From positions 98,704,001 to 98,768,000 of the forward strand of contig NC_043003.1 of the NCBI RefSeq assembly GCF_006345805.1: a stretch of 64,000 nt of DNA, given 5' to 3'. Below are positions 1 to 15,726 of this stretch, in pieces. Within the stretch, counting starts at the first letter, position 1; every line of letters starts with the position of its first letter. A program made the translations under genes and the position numbers. Origin of the DNA: Octopus sinensis. Lineage: Eukaryota. The notes below the pieces were generated by a model. The model saw only the letters and a list, made by a program, of their open reading frames with translations. It had not been told where the DNA came from and made no database searches.

Positions 1-400
1 AAGGGCAGCAATTCAAACTGATTGCAGTTACACGTTTGGCGCCAGCGACATATAAATAACAATACAAATACATTTTACTCCAAACATAGATGTCCTTGCA
101 TCTGCAGGCATCACCTCAACTAAAGCTATGATTTTGAGACACAAAATGAGATGGTGTGGCCATATTGTTCGAATGGCGGATGAACGCAAGCCCAAACAAC
201 TGTTTTATGGTGAGCTTGCTGAGGAGAAGCGCTATCGGTGTAAACCAAAACAAAAAGGTTGAAGGACGGCATAAGAACTACTATGAAGTCATTTGAAATG
301 GATCCAGAAGACAGAAATCCGTGCTTCGTATCGAGCTTGAACATAAGTGTGGAGTGAAAGCATTTGAAGAGGCCATTATATCGCATGCAAGACTCAAAAG
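1..400 (+). mobile_element. RTE-clade LINE, decayed ORF C-terminal fragment
   Basis: Frame from 77 reads TPNIDVLASAGITSTKAMILRHKMRWCGHIVRMADERKPKQLFYGELAEEKRYRCKPK, the RW-GH-RM-D-R-PKQLFYGEL motif typical of RTE C-termini; broken by stops/frameshifts. Confidence 0.8.
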
Positions 401-469
401 ATATTTAAGGAAGAATGTTACGATCGAGAAGGTGAAGCACAGTTTGTGACAGATCAGGCCTTTCTTTTA

Positions 470-1490
470 CTACCTGGAAAGTTTCGAGGATTTCCTAACT
501 TCCGGGAAATTTCGTCGAAAACTTCCTGGAAAGTTTGTAACTTCCGGGAAATTTGATTGAAAAGTTCCTGGAAAGTTCCGATGGGTTCCTAACTTGCGGG
601 ACATTTGGTCAAAGACTTCCTGGGAAGTTCCTGGAAATTTCGTCGAAAATTTCCTGGAAAGTTCCGAGCTATTCCTAACTTCCTGTAAATTTCGTCGAAA
701 ATTTCTTGACTATACCAGGGATTTCCTAAAGTCCGGTAAATTTCGTCGAAAACTTCCTAGAAAGTTCCGGGGATTTTCTAACTTACAGGAAATTTCGTCG
801 ATAACCTTCCTGGAAAGTTCCGATGATTTCCTAACTTCCGGGATATTTGGTCGAGAACTTCCTGCAAATTTCCGAGGATGTCCTAACTTCCGGTAAATTT
901 CGTCGAGAACTTCCTGCAAAGTTCCGGAGATTTTCTAACTTACTAGAAATTTCGTCGATAACTTCCTGGAAAGTTCCGGGGATTTTCTAATTTCCGATGG
1001 GTTCCTAACTTCAGAAACATTTAGTCGAAAACTTCCTGGAAAGTTCCGAGGTTTCCTAACTTCTGGTAAATGTGGTCGAAAACTTCCTGGAATGTTCCGA
1101 AGATTTCCTAACTTCTGGGATATTTGCTCGAAAACTTTCTGGGAGATTCTGAGGATTTTCTAACTTCCGGGAACTTTGGTCGAAAAGTTCCTAGAAAGTT
1201 CCGAGGATGTCCTATCTTCCGGTAAATTTCGTCGAGAATTTCCTGTAAAGTTCCGGGGATTTTCTAACTTTCTGGAAATTTCGTCGATAAATTTCCTGGA
1301 AAGTTCAGAGGATTTTCTAACCTCCGGTATATTTCGTCGGAAACTTCCTGGAAAGTTCCGAGGATTTGCTAACTTCCGGGTAAATTTGGTCGAAAACTTC
1401 CTGCAAAGATTCGAGGTTTGCCTAACTTCCGGTAAATTTCGTCGGAAACTTCCTGGAAAGTTCCGGCGATTTTCTAACTTTCGGGAAATG
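470..1490. repeat. 52-bp tandem satellite, about 19-20 diverged copies
   Basis: Unit GGAAAGTTCCGAGGATTTCCTAACTTCCGGGAAATTTCGTCGAAAACTTCCT; GGAAAG at 476 and 528 gives period 52. ORFs 594-896 and 1176-1541 are read-throughs of it. Confidence 0.95.
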
Positions 1491-1795
1491 AGACACCCAA
1501 AATACCTTAGGCTTTGTTTTATAGGTGTTTTTCTATTCTAGCAAAGGTTGGATGACTAATAGGGAGGCGTTGATTTACAGCCAATGTCCTCCCTAAACCT
1601 AATGCTTGCTTGTTTTCCAAGAAATGTCTCATTTGTCACATTCCAAAAGACCAAAGGTTCATTAAGAGGACAAATGATGATGTCACTGATTGTAGCTTGA
1701 AATACATGGAGGACATGTACAAACACACACACACACAGGCATGCACATGCACAGTAAGCATTTGTTTAGATTCCATCTACCAGATCCACTCAAAA

Positions 1796-1980
1796 GCCGT
1801 ATTTCGTCTGTCGTTACGTTGTGAGTTCAAATTCCACCGATGTCGACTTTGCCTTTCATCCTTTCGGGGTCGATAAATTAAGTACCAGTTACACACTGGG
1901 GTCGATGTAATCGACTTAATACCTATGTCTGTCCTTGTTTTTCCCCTCTATGTTTAGCCCCTTGTGGGTAATAAAGAAAT
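1796..1980 (+). mobile_element. SINE group A (tail A1), 5'-truncated
   Basis: B-box GAGTTCAAATTCC, core GCCTTTCATCCTTTCGGGGTCGATAAATTAAGTACCAG, tail GCCCCTTGTGGGTAATAAAGAAATA; matches full copy at 33544-33777. Confidence 0.9.
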
Positions 1981-2185
1981 ATGTATGTATGTATGTCATT
2001 ATTCAGTTTTATATCAGAATTTCTTGTCAATAGAGAAAGAGCCGGTTTCCAACCTGGATCCAATGTTCATTCACTGGAATTTTAACAACAACAGGGTATT
2101 TCTGTATGAATATATATGTGCAGATTTGTATATTTTGTTTTATGTATACATTCTCATGCTTATAGTTGCATGTCTAGACATATAT
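1981..2185 (-). mobile_element. 3' UTR of (CATA)n-associated RLE-type LINE
   Basis: Reverse complement matches 26770-26965 and 43345-43455 (GAAACCGG.TCTTTCT.TATTG.CAAGAAAT...AAAACTGAAT.ATGA); flanked by (TATG)n. Confidence 0.7.
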
Positions 2186-2489
2186 GTGTGCATGTATGCA
2201 TGTATGTATGTATGTATGCATAACATTCTGGTCTTTTGTAAGGGGTGGTCTTTAAGTGACATATATTTCACTTGTGCACAACCATCAAAATACGGAATGT
2301 CTAATGTACCGCATACTCAGACAGCGATATGGCATTGACCAAGATGTATGAGAGTGTTTACGTACGCGGCGTTGTTGTATATTCTGTCTTCTTTTACGTT
2401 TGAAAGTTCTAGGCATGATATATGTCAATGCAGTGTGTGTTAGTGTACGTTAGTGTGTTTTGTTTGCACGATTCCGTATGTGAGCGTAT

Positions 2490-2511
2490 GTGATTGTGTG
2501 TGTGTGTGTGT

Positions 2512-2581
<70 letters not shown>

Positions 2582-2738
2582 ACTGTACCATTTGTAGTAT
2601 ATGAGGTTGTATTTGTGGAAATAGCTTTTATATATATATATTCATAAATATGTTTGTTTGTGAATATAGACATAAAAATTTAATATAAATACTAATGTAC
2701 GTATGTGTTTATGTTATATAAAGAGAGAGGGAGACAGA

Positions 2739-2771
<33 letters not shown>

Positions 2772-2779
2772 CGAGTGAA

Positions 2780-2854
<75 letters not shown>

Positions 2855-3289
2855 GATAGACAGATATGGATATATATATGGATATTGTATAGATATACAT
2901 ATATGTATTTAGGTATTATGTATATATATTTATATATGAACATATCAATGTATAATATACGTCTGTGTGTATGTCCTTTTATATATATACAATTGTTAGC
3001 ATATAGATGTGTATGTGTGTTTATATATATATATGTGTGTATATATATATATGGAGGAGAGGGTGCACGCATGTGTCCGTGCGTGTGTAAATGCTATATG
3101 TGTTTGTGCACTTGCTTCTGTACCTGCGTACACATGCATATATGCAAGTAAGTATAAATGAGAGAAAAGTGGAAGTAAAGAAAACATGACAATATTGCGC
3201 AGTTTAGTGTGGTTTACAAGACTGCCGTAGGAGGAGAGTGATTGGGTATGGACGAAAGGAAGAGAAAGAGAGTACATATGTGTGTGTTT

Positions 3290-3325
<36 letters not shown>

Positions 3326-3602
3326 GGAGAGAGAGAGAGAGGGAGAGAGAGAGAGAGAGAGAGAGAGATAGTGATTTTGTTTTGTGGGACATTTTCTGAG
3401 CATGCCTGTCACTTGGTAGGCCGTAATATTCCGGAAACTACAGAATATTATTGTGATACGCTGTCGACATCTAGTAAAGGGAATGGTTTGCATCATGTCT
3501 CATTTATTATGTCTCACCTTATATATTCATACGTGTGTGTTTGTATGTGAGTGTGGGTGCATGTGTGTGTATTCATACATACACTCACACATATACACAC
3601 AG

Positions 3603-3641
<39 letters not shown>

Positions 3642-3824
3642 GATATATCTATAGACATATGTATATACATACGTATATATATGTATATACATACGTATAT
3701 ATATATGTATATACATACATATATATATATGTAAATACATACGTATATATATGTATAAACACACGTATATATGTATATACATAAGTATATATATATAATA
3801 TATATTATATATATATTATATATA

Positions 3825-3864
<40 letters not shown>

Positions 3865-3939
3865 GTATATACATATAAATATACGTCGACCAGAACATGC
3901 TTTGATGTATATCTATCTATCTGTCTGTCTATCTACTTG

Positions 3940-4012
<73 letters not shown>

Positions 4013-4029
4013 GTCTCTTTCTTTCTTTG

Positions 4030-4067
<38 letters not shown>

Positions 4068-4068
4068 G

Positions 4069-4098
<30 letters not shown>
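2490..4098. repeat. Compound microsatellite region (TG, GA, GATA, TA, CTAT)
   Basis: Direct reading; explains the YI/CV/LS-repeat ORFs. Confidence 0.95.
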
Positions 4099-4102
<4 letters not shown>

Positions 4103-4300
4103 CCTCGTGTGTACCGTAGGCGATTTTTTCTTCTGTCTTCCCTTCTCTGGATCTTTCCTTTTCCTATGTTTCCGACGAAGAGCTCCACTCGAAACGTTAA
4201 ACCCTCCTTCTTTCCTTCTTTCCTGAGCGTCCAATAATACTATATTTGTTCCACGTCCTCGCGTTGTTGTATTTTTTGTGCTTTCTTGTTTGGATTAACG
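4099..4300 (+). mobile_element. Family D ~200-bp non-coding element with hammerhead-like motif (Penelope pLTR/retrozyme-like)
   Basis: Near-identical to 41372-41580, 44188-44367 and 50956-51157; motif GTTT-CCGACGA-A-GAGC.TCC.ACTC-GAAA-CGTT-AAAC at 4168-4202; flanked by (TG)n and (TA)n. Confidence 0.75.
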
Positions 4301-4323
4301 ATATATATATATATATATATATA

Positions 4324-4388
4324 TCGTCTTATTGTATCGTCTTCTATGAGTTATACGTTCTTGTCCATGTTGTATTTTTCTACATACC

Positions 4389-4392
<4 letters not shown>
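4324..4392 (+). mobile_element. 3' end fragment of family F element
   Basis: TTGTATCGTCTTCTA...GTTAT.CGTTCTTGTCC...TTGTATTTTTCTACATA matches 44080-44140; lies between (TA)n runs. Confidence 0.7.
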
Positions 4393-4428
<36 letters not shown>

Positions 4429-4926
4429 TATAAACGTGTGTATCTGAGTGTGTATGTGTGTGCGCGCGCGCGCGTTCCTTTTTGCATTTCTTACTTGTTT
4501 GCAAGTTTCGTGATGTAAAATCTAGTGTTGAGACATTAGATTTTCCCGTCTCTTCGGACGGCAGTTTTGCGTCAGCGCATGTTCTTTAGTGGCAAAGTGA
4601 CCCTCCCAAATTGCAACAGAGAAACGCACACACACACACAGAAACACACACACATGCACACATAAACATAAATACATCCATCCAGTTCTCTCTCTCTCTC
4701 TTTCTCTCTGTATTTGTATGTGTATATATATATATATATATATACATACACGTGAACACATACACCCGTATATACATATTTATATATACCACGCGCATGC
4801 ATATTGCACATATATATATGTATATATCATATTATATTGTATTTTTATGATGAGAATTACGCCAAGGAATTGGATAATAACGAGTTATGTTGCAATCTCT
4901 TATGATTTTATGATACTATACATATT

Positions 4927-4990
<64 letters not shown>

Positions 4991-5948
4991 TGCATACATA
5001 CACATGCGCGTGAGCCTTTGTATGTGGGTATGTATGTGCATGCGGATGGCCTACGACAGAAAAGATTTCGCAATGGGAGTGGAGCTGGTTATCGTTTGCA
5101 TTTCATTCATGTCTATGAGGTTTTCCCTAAACCTCAATGTGCGTCCAGTTAACTGATGTCAATGTCCATATAAAAATGGAGAATTATTGCTAACAGCAAA
5201 GTATGTACGTTTGGAATATCTACTTTTTTTAACGGAAACAACAGTTGTACTATAGAGAAATAAGGAGAAATTGTCAAAGTGTCATCACAAAATAAATTCA
5301 TACTGGTAAACTGTAATACAGAAATACACTTGGCAATGTGAGGTTGGCACTCTCGAACTGTGCATGTTCGTGTATGTACGAGTGTGTGCGTATGTATGTG
5401 CGAGCGTGCGTGTGGTTTGTGTGTGTGTCTGTGTGCATTTGTTTGTGTGTGCGCATGCATGTTTTCATGAGTAGGTTTCCTTCATATTAGTCTCTCACTC
5501 CTCACTTAGTGTCTGGGAATATGATATACCAGGGGAAATGTGTTGATACGTCAAACTTGGATAGCAGTATGACTTATGAAGCGAAAAGTTACTTTAAATA
5601 ACGGTCCTAGATACACTGTTTCTAAAATGTCGAGATGGTTACAGTTTGAACACATGTTATTATATATATGCCTTGTAAATCAGTAATCAGGAACTAATTA
5701 TGAACAATAATTACCAGAAAAATATTGCTATGAAATATTAATCGCAAATCAGGGTGCAGGTGCTGAAGATAATGTTGGAGAGATGAGAACAGCGTGGAAG
5801 CTCTCTCGTTGAATCGATGGGCTTTCTCAATTAATTGATAGGCCGAAAGTGAATCAATAGCGCCGAAAGTGGGTTAGAGTACAAAGCAAGGAATCCAAAT
5901 CCAGGATCCATTTTAACCTGTCTTCACCCTTGCCTAATGATGTAAATC

Positions 5949-6335
5949 TGGTGGAGGCGCAATGGCCCAGTTGTTAGGGCAGCGGACTCGCGGTCGTAGG
6001 ATCGCGGTTTCGATTCCCAGACCGGGCGTTGTGAGTGTTTATTGAGCGAAAACACCTAAAGCTCCACGAGGCTCCGGCAGGGGATGGTGGTGATCCCTGC
6101 TGTACTCTTTCACCACAACTTTCTCTCACTCTTACTTCCTGTTTCTGTTGTACCTGTATTTCAAAGGGCCGGCCTTGTCACTCTCTGTGTCACGCTGAAT
6201 ATACCCGAGAATTACGTTAAGGGTACACGTGTCTGAGGAGTGCTCAGCCACTTACACGTTAATTTCACGAGCAGGCTGTTCCGTTGATTGGATCAACCGG
6301 AACCCTCGTCGTCGTAACCGACGGAGTGCTTCCAC
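5949..6335 (+). mobile_element. Full-length tRNA-derived SINE group B (tail 1)
   Basis: A-box-like TGGCCCAGTTG, B-box-like GGTTTCGATTCCC, TCG anticodon-like loop (Arg); perfect 13-bp TSD AATGATGTAAATC at 5936-5948 and 6336-6348. Confidence 0.95.
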
Positions 6336-6622
6336 AATGATGTAAATCACTCAGACGTTGCGGAAATATATTATAACATAAAGGTAAAGTAATAATGTTT
6401 CTCCGTGATGGTTCTGCAATTTTGAAGGCCGTACTACTTGAAATCCGCCTACAAAATACAGGAATATATTAGCTGCTACATACACCTTTCCACGACGTTA
6501 AATGCTACGCTTAACTTTCCATTAAGATGAGTCTTGAGAAAATGTAAAACGTCATTTTATAATTCGGACACAGTTAAGGTATCAAAATTGTGAGATTGAT
6601 TTAAAATAATTTATTGTATATT

Positions 6623-6812
6623 CCTATCTACTCTAAGCACAAGGCCAGAAGTTTTGGGGGAGGGGGCCAGTCAATTAGATCGACCTCAGTACTCAACTGG
6701 CACTTAATTTTATCGATCCCGAAAGGCAAAGTCGAGATCAGAACGTAGCGGCAGACGAAATACTGTTAAGCATTTCGCCCGACGTGCTAACGATTCTGCC
6801 AGGTCGCCTCCC
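6623..6812 (-). mobile_element. SINE group A (tail A2), internally deleted
   Basis: Head GGCGACCTGGCAGAATCGTTAGCAC on minus; TSD AATAATTTA(T/G)TGTATATT at 6605-6622 and 6814-6831. Confidence 0.85.
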
Positions 6813-7204
6813 TAATAATTTAGTGTATATTAGTACAGTAATTTTATGTATATTAGCTCAGTAATTTCATTCAACATTAACTCAATCGACGGATTCTCCA
6901 GATAGAAAATTTATGGGAATGTGTAGCAATAAAGGGAAGGCAAAAATTTATGAAACTGAACGGAAAAAGCGGGAGCATAGAGAAAGCCCGAAATATGAAA
7001 AGTGTGATAAATGACAAAAAGTGTTACGGAAAGAACTAGGCAGGTATTTAAAGCTGGTCGCGATTTGTCCCATTAGGTATGTGCGCATAAATATAATATT
7101 GCTTATTTTATCAGATGATATTAACAAGACAAAATAACACGATAAGAATACCAACCGAATCTCCCTCCTTCTCCACTAATGGAGAAACAAAATTACTTTT
7201 TATC

Positions 7205-7575
7205 TTTTTTTTTTACCTATTTCAGTCATCATCAGACTACGGCGATGATGGGGCAGGGCCTTGAATCTTAGTCGAACGAATCGAACTCCAGTACATGTTA
7301 ATTTTTTAAACCTGGTACTTATTCTATGAGTGTATTTTTCCGAACCTCTAATGTTATAATGACACCCACACCAGTTGCCACGCGGTAGTGGAACGCGGGA
7401 AAACATGGACACAATGATAAACACAGACACACAGACACACACACACACCAAATCCATTCACAAGATTTTGATCGACCCAAGGCTATAAGTAGCAGACACT
7501 CACACAAAGTGCTACGCAGTGGGATTGAAACCGTAACCATATGGTTGGGAAGAAAGCTCCTTACCACACAACCGA
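7205..7575 (-). mobile_element. SINE group C, diverged
   Basis: Colinear with 51209-51622 (ACGCAGTGGGA.TGAA, internal CA repeat, tail TTTCAGTCAT). Confidence 0.8.
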
Positions 7576-8568
7576 AGATTTTGATAATAGGCCTGCCGAT
7601 GTATCGAGCTCGACAGAGAACGAATGAAGTCATTACAATTAAAATAAACAATAACTTTATAAACAAACGTAAAAGATGTCACAATAAAGAGAATAAGAAT
7701 TACTGTTAGTAAAATCTCTGAACAAAAGTTTGGCAGCAAGAGAGAATAAAGGAGTCACGTCTTGAGCACCGCCTTCACATTCTAGAAACAGCAGCCGTGC
7801 CTCTCTTGTTTCAAGTTGCACAACTTTATGGTGGAAGGGAATAATTAGGCACACTAGAGTCTAATACACTTCCAGATAAGATGATCGCATTCTGAACATC
7901 TTTGCTTCATGTGTTGTTAGACCTGGGCTCGCTTGGGACTAAATAAAATCTCTAATAGCGCTGCCTTTTATCACAACAAAAATATCCGCCATCATTTACC
8001 TAAACTTATGTAACAACTCCACCATATTTCAGTGACTTTTATGAGAAAGTGTGTCAAACTTTACAAACTTTACAAACTTTACATGCTTTGAAAATGACTC
8101 TCTCCCAAACTCCTAGACCTTCAGCTCACTATAAATTGCCTAAGACAGCTTGTACATCATATACATCATCTGCTATTTGCCATAAGTAATAACTATAAAA
8201 CTTCGCTTTACACTAGCACTTTCTCGACCGCATCATACGCTACAACTCACAGTGATATCATATATTGGTACATAAAAAGTAATTGCTAAATTGAGTGAGG
8301 GGATTCACTATTAATAAGGTGCAGTGTGATATCATCGGAGTACTTTTAAGTTCAGAAAAAAATCGCGACTTCTGTTATTTGCGTAACTGCATTGAGCCCA
8401 TAACTTTGTAGTTCACATCCTTGCTTTGGGAGATGTGTTCTCCTAGATAAAGTTAATTCATTTCTGATGATTTTCAGCGGCAAATGTAGGAATTTAACTT
8501 TCTGAACGTAGGAATGGCGAACTCGCACACACATACGTATATGTGCATGTGTGCAGTGTGTGTGTGTA

Positions 8569-8614
<46 letters not shown>

Positions 8615-8642
8615 TGATAGTGTGTGAGTGTGTGTGTATACT

Positions 8643-8736
8643 TGTTTCTGCTGCAGCGACTACTCACTGTTGCAAATGCAACTATGCATTATGTTCGGTG
8701 CATTTGCAACAGTGAGTAGCCGCTGCAGCGGAAACA
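8643..8736. other. 38-bp-stem inverted repeat (hairpin)
   Basis: Arms 8643-8680 and 8699-8736 are reverse complements at 36/38 positions; 18-nt loop. Confidence 0.9.
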
Positions 8737-8777
8737 CTTGTAGATCATTAAAATATGATGTTTATATATATGTATAC

Positions 8778-8823
<46 letters not shown>

Positions 8824-8865
8824 TGTGTGTGTGTGTGTGCGTGTGTGTATACATACATATATGTA

Positions 8866-8910
<45 letters not shown>

Positions 8911-9410
8911 ATATATATATATATATATATACATATGTATGTATACATACATACACGTATTTATATAATTTGCTACCCTATATTTTACGTATATATATCC
9001 GTAAAATATAGGGCAACAAATTCTTTAGAAATTTCACTACTGGTGGCCTAGCATGTATAAATGTCAATAGACAACATTTTCCCCATATAAATTTAGTGTA
9101 CATTTAAACACAAAAGAAGTGAACCTTTAACAGGCAGCTTTACACGCTAGAAGGAGCAGTCAAAACGACAAACGATCAAAACCACATTTTCGAACATGTT
9201 CGAGGAATTTCGAAGGGAGTGAAAAATAAAAAGTTTTACCTTGTTTTTTTAACAGCCATACCTAGGTTTCAAACTCTAATTAGAAAATAATATAATTTGC
9301 TAGGCAGAGTTATCATCAGTGGCTACGCCATGATAATAACATAATTTAGTGACAGAATACTCCACACAGAAGCAGCATCTTAATGACTTCCATCTTCGTA
9401 GCCTGAGACG

Positions 9411-9482
<72 letters not shown>

Positions 9483-9488
<6 letters not shown>

Positions 9489-9910
9489 TAAATAATAATA
9501 TTTAAATTGAAATAACCATGTTCTCTAACCAGCGAAATTCACTGCAGATAATTATTTCCGGTATTTTGGCGCGCCAAAACGAAGACTTTTGAAATATAAC
9601 CCCAAATGTAATTGGTAGAACTATATGCATGTTCAATCTCATGCAGACGTCTCGTGTATAATTCTGTAAATTATATTTCGCTATGACGATCACACTGATG
9701 AATTGCGGACATTTACGTAAGTATTATGTAAGTGGTAACAATGAACCTGAGTTTGTGATTAATCTTTATATTTTGTATCTTTTCATTTGTCTTGCTTGCT
9801 TACGTTCTGGCGTTTTCTGAATTTTCTTGAGAACAATCTTTTCTGAGTGCTCAGACTATATGGGGTCTACCACTAGGATAATGGATGTCCACATAGTAGT
9901 CATCCCCCTT
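9483..9910 (+). mobile_element. Family G (TA)n-flanked element containing a type I hammerhead-like motif
   Basis: ATCACA-CTGATGA-ATTG...CAAT-GAA-CCTGAG-TT-TGTGAT at 9689-9759; (TA)n on both sides. Confidence 0.65.
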
Positions 9911-9911
9911 A

Positions 9912-9955
<44 letters not shown>

Positions 9956-9974
9956 TACATACACACACACACAC

Positions 9975-11500
9975 AAATGTAAATACTTTCTTTACTTTGA
10001 TGATACGGAAGGTGAGATTGGACGTTTGTTAACGGCAAGAGACCTGTTTCTCAGTGTGGATAAGAATTGCTTCGGTATATAGCCTCAGACGAAATAATTT
10101 CTCCAGAGGTTGGTTTGAGGGAATGCGAATTGGTGTCTCATTAGCTGGGAATTATTCAGAACGTACAGAAGAAGAATACTCGATTTCGTTTGTTGCTGCC
10201 ATGATGTCTGAGGCGCTAACGATTATGTGAGAAATAATATCTTGGAGATTGAGATCGTTCAGATCCCTTGCGTCACTAAAGACAGCAATAGCGTTTCTGC
10301 TCTACTTCTGCCCTTTCTGTAGTATTACTATTGGTGGATACTGCTATCATCAGTCAGTGGACCAATGGGTGACACAGCGGTCCTATGCTTGTTGGAATAT
10401 AAATAGAAAATCTTGGGGTTCTGATTGAGTTTTTTTAATTACCTAGATTTCCTCTGCAGCCCTTTCATTCTCCATGTATATTTTTATGGTGGTCTGCAGA
10501 TGATAGTTTTCCAACTCTAGCCTCCATACTGCTGTTGACTGTGGATACTGCTAGTGGTAGTATTTTAATTGGTATTTCATTTCTATCAACTCTTGATTCT
10601 CCCGATGAATGATTTTTTTTCTCTTGAGAGCCTATTTTTACTAGGGCTTGTGTTTCGTAGTTGCGTGTTTTAAGCATGTATAAGTGACACTCTTCTCCAA
10701 GTGATGCCTTGTTGCTTCAATATCAAGGGAAATGTGAGAGAAGGAAAAGTCGATAAGTAATAAGTAGTTTTTAGACGCTCCCCAGTCTGTTTTGTGAAGA
10801 TTTATGTTGTCGAACAGATACATTGGAGTGAGAGTGACCTGTTTAGCTTTGGCATCCCGGAACCTAAGGTTGGTGAGAAGAGTTTTTTGTTTGCGTTTTC
10901 TTAACTGAAATGCTATGGATGGAGCTAGAGGGATTTGTTAAGCACAAGTTGGGTTAAGAAAAATTCATTCGTTAAATATTAAATAGTAATTTGGCTGCTG
11001 CTGTTGCTGGTTTGTGTGTTGTTGAGATGCAGTTATCTAGCTTCAGGGTATTTATACGCCAATTCTCCTACACCAAGTTAAAGTCACCCATCGTTAATAT
11101 TTCCAGAGCTGACTTTCTTGAGACACACTTCAAAACACTGACGTGGAGTTCGATGAATCCTATGGAGACCGAAAATACTTACGTCATTAACTTTCTTGAT
11201 TAGCGATATCGAGTCGCAACAGCGTTTGGAAAATATGACCCTGGCTTCCATAACAAAAGAATCATAAAGAAAAATGGTTGCTCCTCCTTTATTTCGGCCA
11301 GTGCGATCTGCACAGATGACGGTGAAATAATGTATTTTCAGTACGGCATAGATGTAAAAATTATTTAGACGGGTTTCTTTGAGGATGAAGTAAGGGACAC
11401 AATGTATCATCATTTCAATTAGCCAATGGAAGGTTCCATTTTTTTGCTTTGATACCACGTACATAATTTGGATTGGTGTCACGTACATTCAGCTGGAATA
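9975..11500 (-). mobile_element. CR1-group LINE, decayed APE endonuclease and linker region
   Basis: Minus-strand peptides ADRTGRNKGG, MGDFNL, FFLTQLV, INLHKTDW, NQNPKIFY, SIGPL; many stops/frameshifts. Confidence 0.75.
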
Positions 11501-11555
11501 TCGAAGTGAAAACTGGTTGATAATTTTATGCATGTACATATGAAATTATACTTAA

Positions 11556-11611
11556 GAGGGTGGGTCAAAAGTAATGCAAATAAAAATTGCATTACTTTTT
11601 GACTAACCCTC
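11556..11611. mobile_element. Minimal mariner-type TIR pair (56 bp)
   Basis: GAGGGTGGGTCAAAAGTAATGCAA / TTGCATTACTTTTTGACTAACCCTC separated by 7 bp; (C)GAGGG terminus as in 23174-23384. Confidence 0.6.
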
Positions 11612-11659
11612 GAACATATATATGAATATAGTTATGCATACATAAGTTTCAATGTTTAT

Positions 11660-14150
<2,491 letters not shown>

Positions 14151-15524
14151 TCAAAAAAGAATAATCACAATAACCACAAAGGGAATAATACCACCAAGGG
14201 ACTAAAATAAGAAAAATCTAGGAGTCAATGACACACAGAAACTGAATATTTCAAGTGATTATGTATGAAATGAGACAAATAAAACACACACAAACTTATG
14301 GTAAATAACATGGAAAAAATTGGTGAAACAATAAACGGAAAGGAAAAGAAACAGACATTGGTAACCCTTTCGTCAGCCGTATCGTTAGATGAAATTGCAG
14401 TGATTTCGGCACTGGAAAACATCGCTGCGCCAAGAATCACAATAATGCTTGCATTGAAGACTGAAACAAAGATTCAGAGACGCAAACCTTAGAGGAAACA
14501 ATAAGGACAAGCAAATACAGAGTTGTGAGACCTAACGATAAATTTGTCTTTTGTATAAGTAAATAGGAATAGAAAGTGAGGTGTTAAGGCAGTGGATCTG
14601 CTCAAACTTGATGTGTAAAAGAGATACAAACCGTTCTCATCAGATGACTGCATAGACTTCAAACAAAAAGGACAAGTTAGATATCTAAGCATATTCATTA
14701 GGAAGAACGTAGTCTTCAAAACATCTAAAATTAAATCTTTAGGGCGTTTTAGATTAATTAGTATCATGACAGACCTATATAACTATCTAAGAAAATGGAA
14801 CTTTACACACGGCAGTATCAACACCGAAGGGTAGGTCCTATGGTGGTAAACGAGAATGTCTGATGGGGGAGTGATGATAATAGAAAGTAAAGAGGGAATA
14901 GGGATAGCTCATTAAGCTTAATTTGATTGTCATCTTGAAGAGGAAGGAAAAGTAAACTGTCAAAATGAATACTTCTTAAAGGATTATGGGTGAGATTATA
15001 GGTGAAACAGAAGGAGTAAGTTTTAAACTAAGTTTACTTATACCGTTAAAGCAAAATATAAATATATAGATATAGGAAAGCTAGAAAGAAATTTCAAATA
15101 TAACTAAATAAGGGGATAACGGATAATTTGATAATTGATAATATAAGATTGCAGCCTGAAACGAATTTTATGAAAACAAATTTTGAATTATAATTTGCTA
15201 CCAAGACTTTTATGCTATAAAAACTTGAAAATATATAAGGAAATAAAAATATAAATATAAACAAAATATAAATATAAAAATATGATATAATAAAATATAA
15301 AAAATTTAAAGTATATATATACATATATACAAAGGTATGAAAATATAAAACATAAAATACATAAAAGATATGTGTAATAAAAATATAATTATATATATAT
15401 AACCAGAGATCTTGATCTTTATTCAAAAGTGAAAATACCAGTTCTAAGAAGTGATTGCAAAATAACAATTGCATCTTAACGTATGGTAGTAACCTGTAGC
15501 AGGGTCTAGCTTGAGTCCAAATTT

Positions 15525-15717
15525 TGCACAAGGCCGCCAAGTTATAGATAGGGAGTGGGTAAGTCAATGACGTCGACCCCAGTGCACGACTCATTTTATC
15601 AACCTGGAAAGTATGAAAGGCAAAGCCGATCTCGGTGTAATTTGAACTCAGAAAGTAAAGACGGGCGATATGCCGCTAAGCATGTTTCCTAGTGTGCTAA
15701 CGAATCTGGCAGCTCGC
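15525..15717 (-). mobile_element. SINE group A (tail A2), diverged
   Basis: ATGAAAGGCAAAG.CGA.CTCGG...TTTGAACTCAGAA...GCTAACGA.TCTG.CAGCTCGC. Confidence 0.8.
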
Positions 15718-15726
15718 AATAATAAT

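Noticed and set aside
5952-6025. tRNA-Arg gene
   Set aside because: No proper acceptor stem or terminator; it is a SINE head within a TSD.
14200-14880. ORF 14298-14492 or LINE remnant
   Set aside because: No motif I can identify with confidence.
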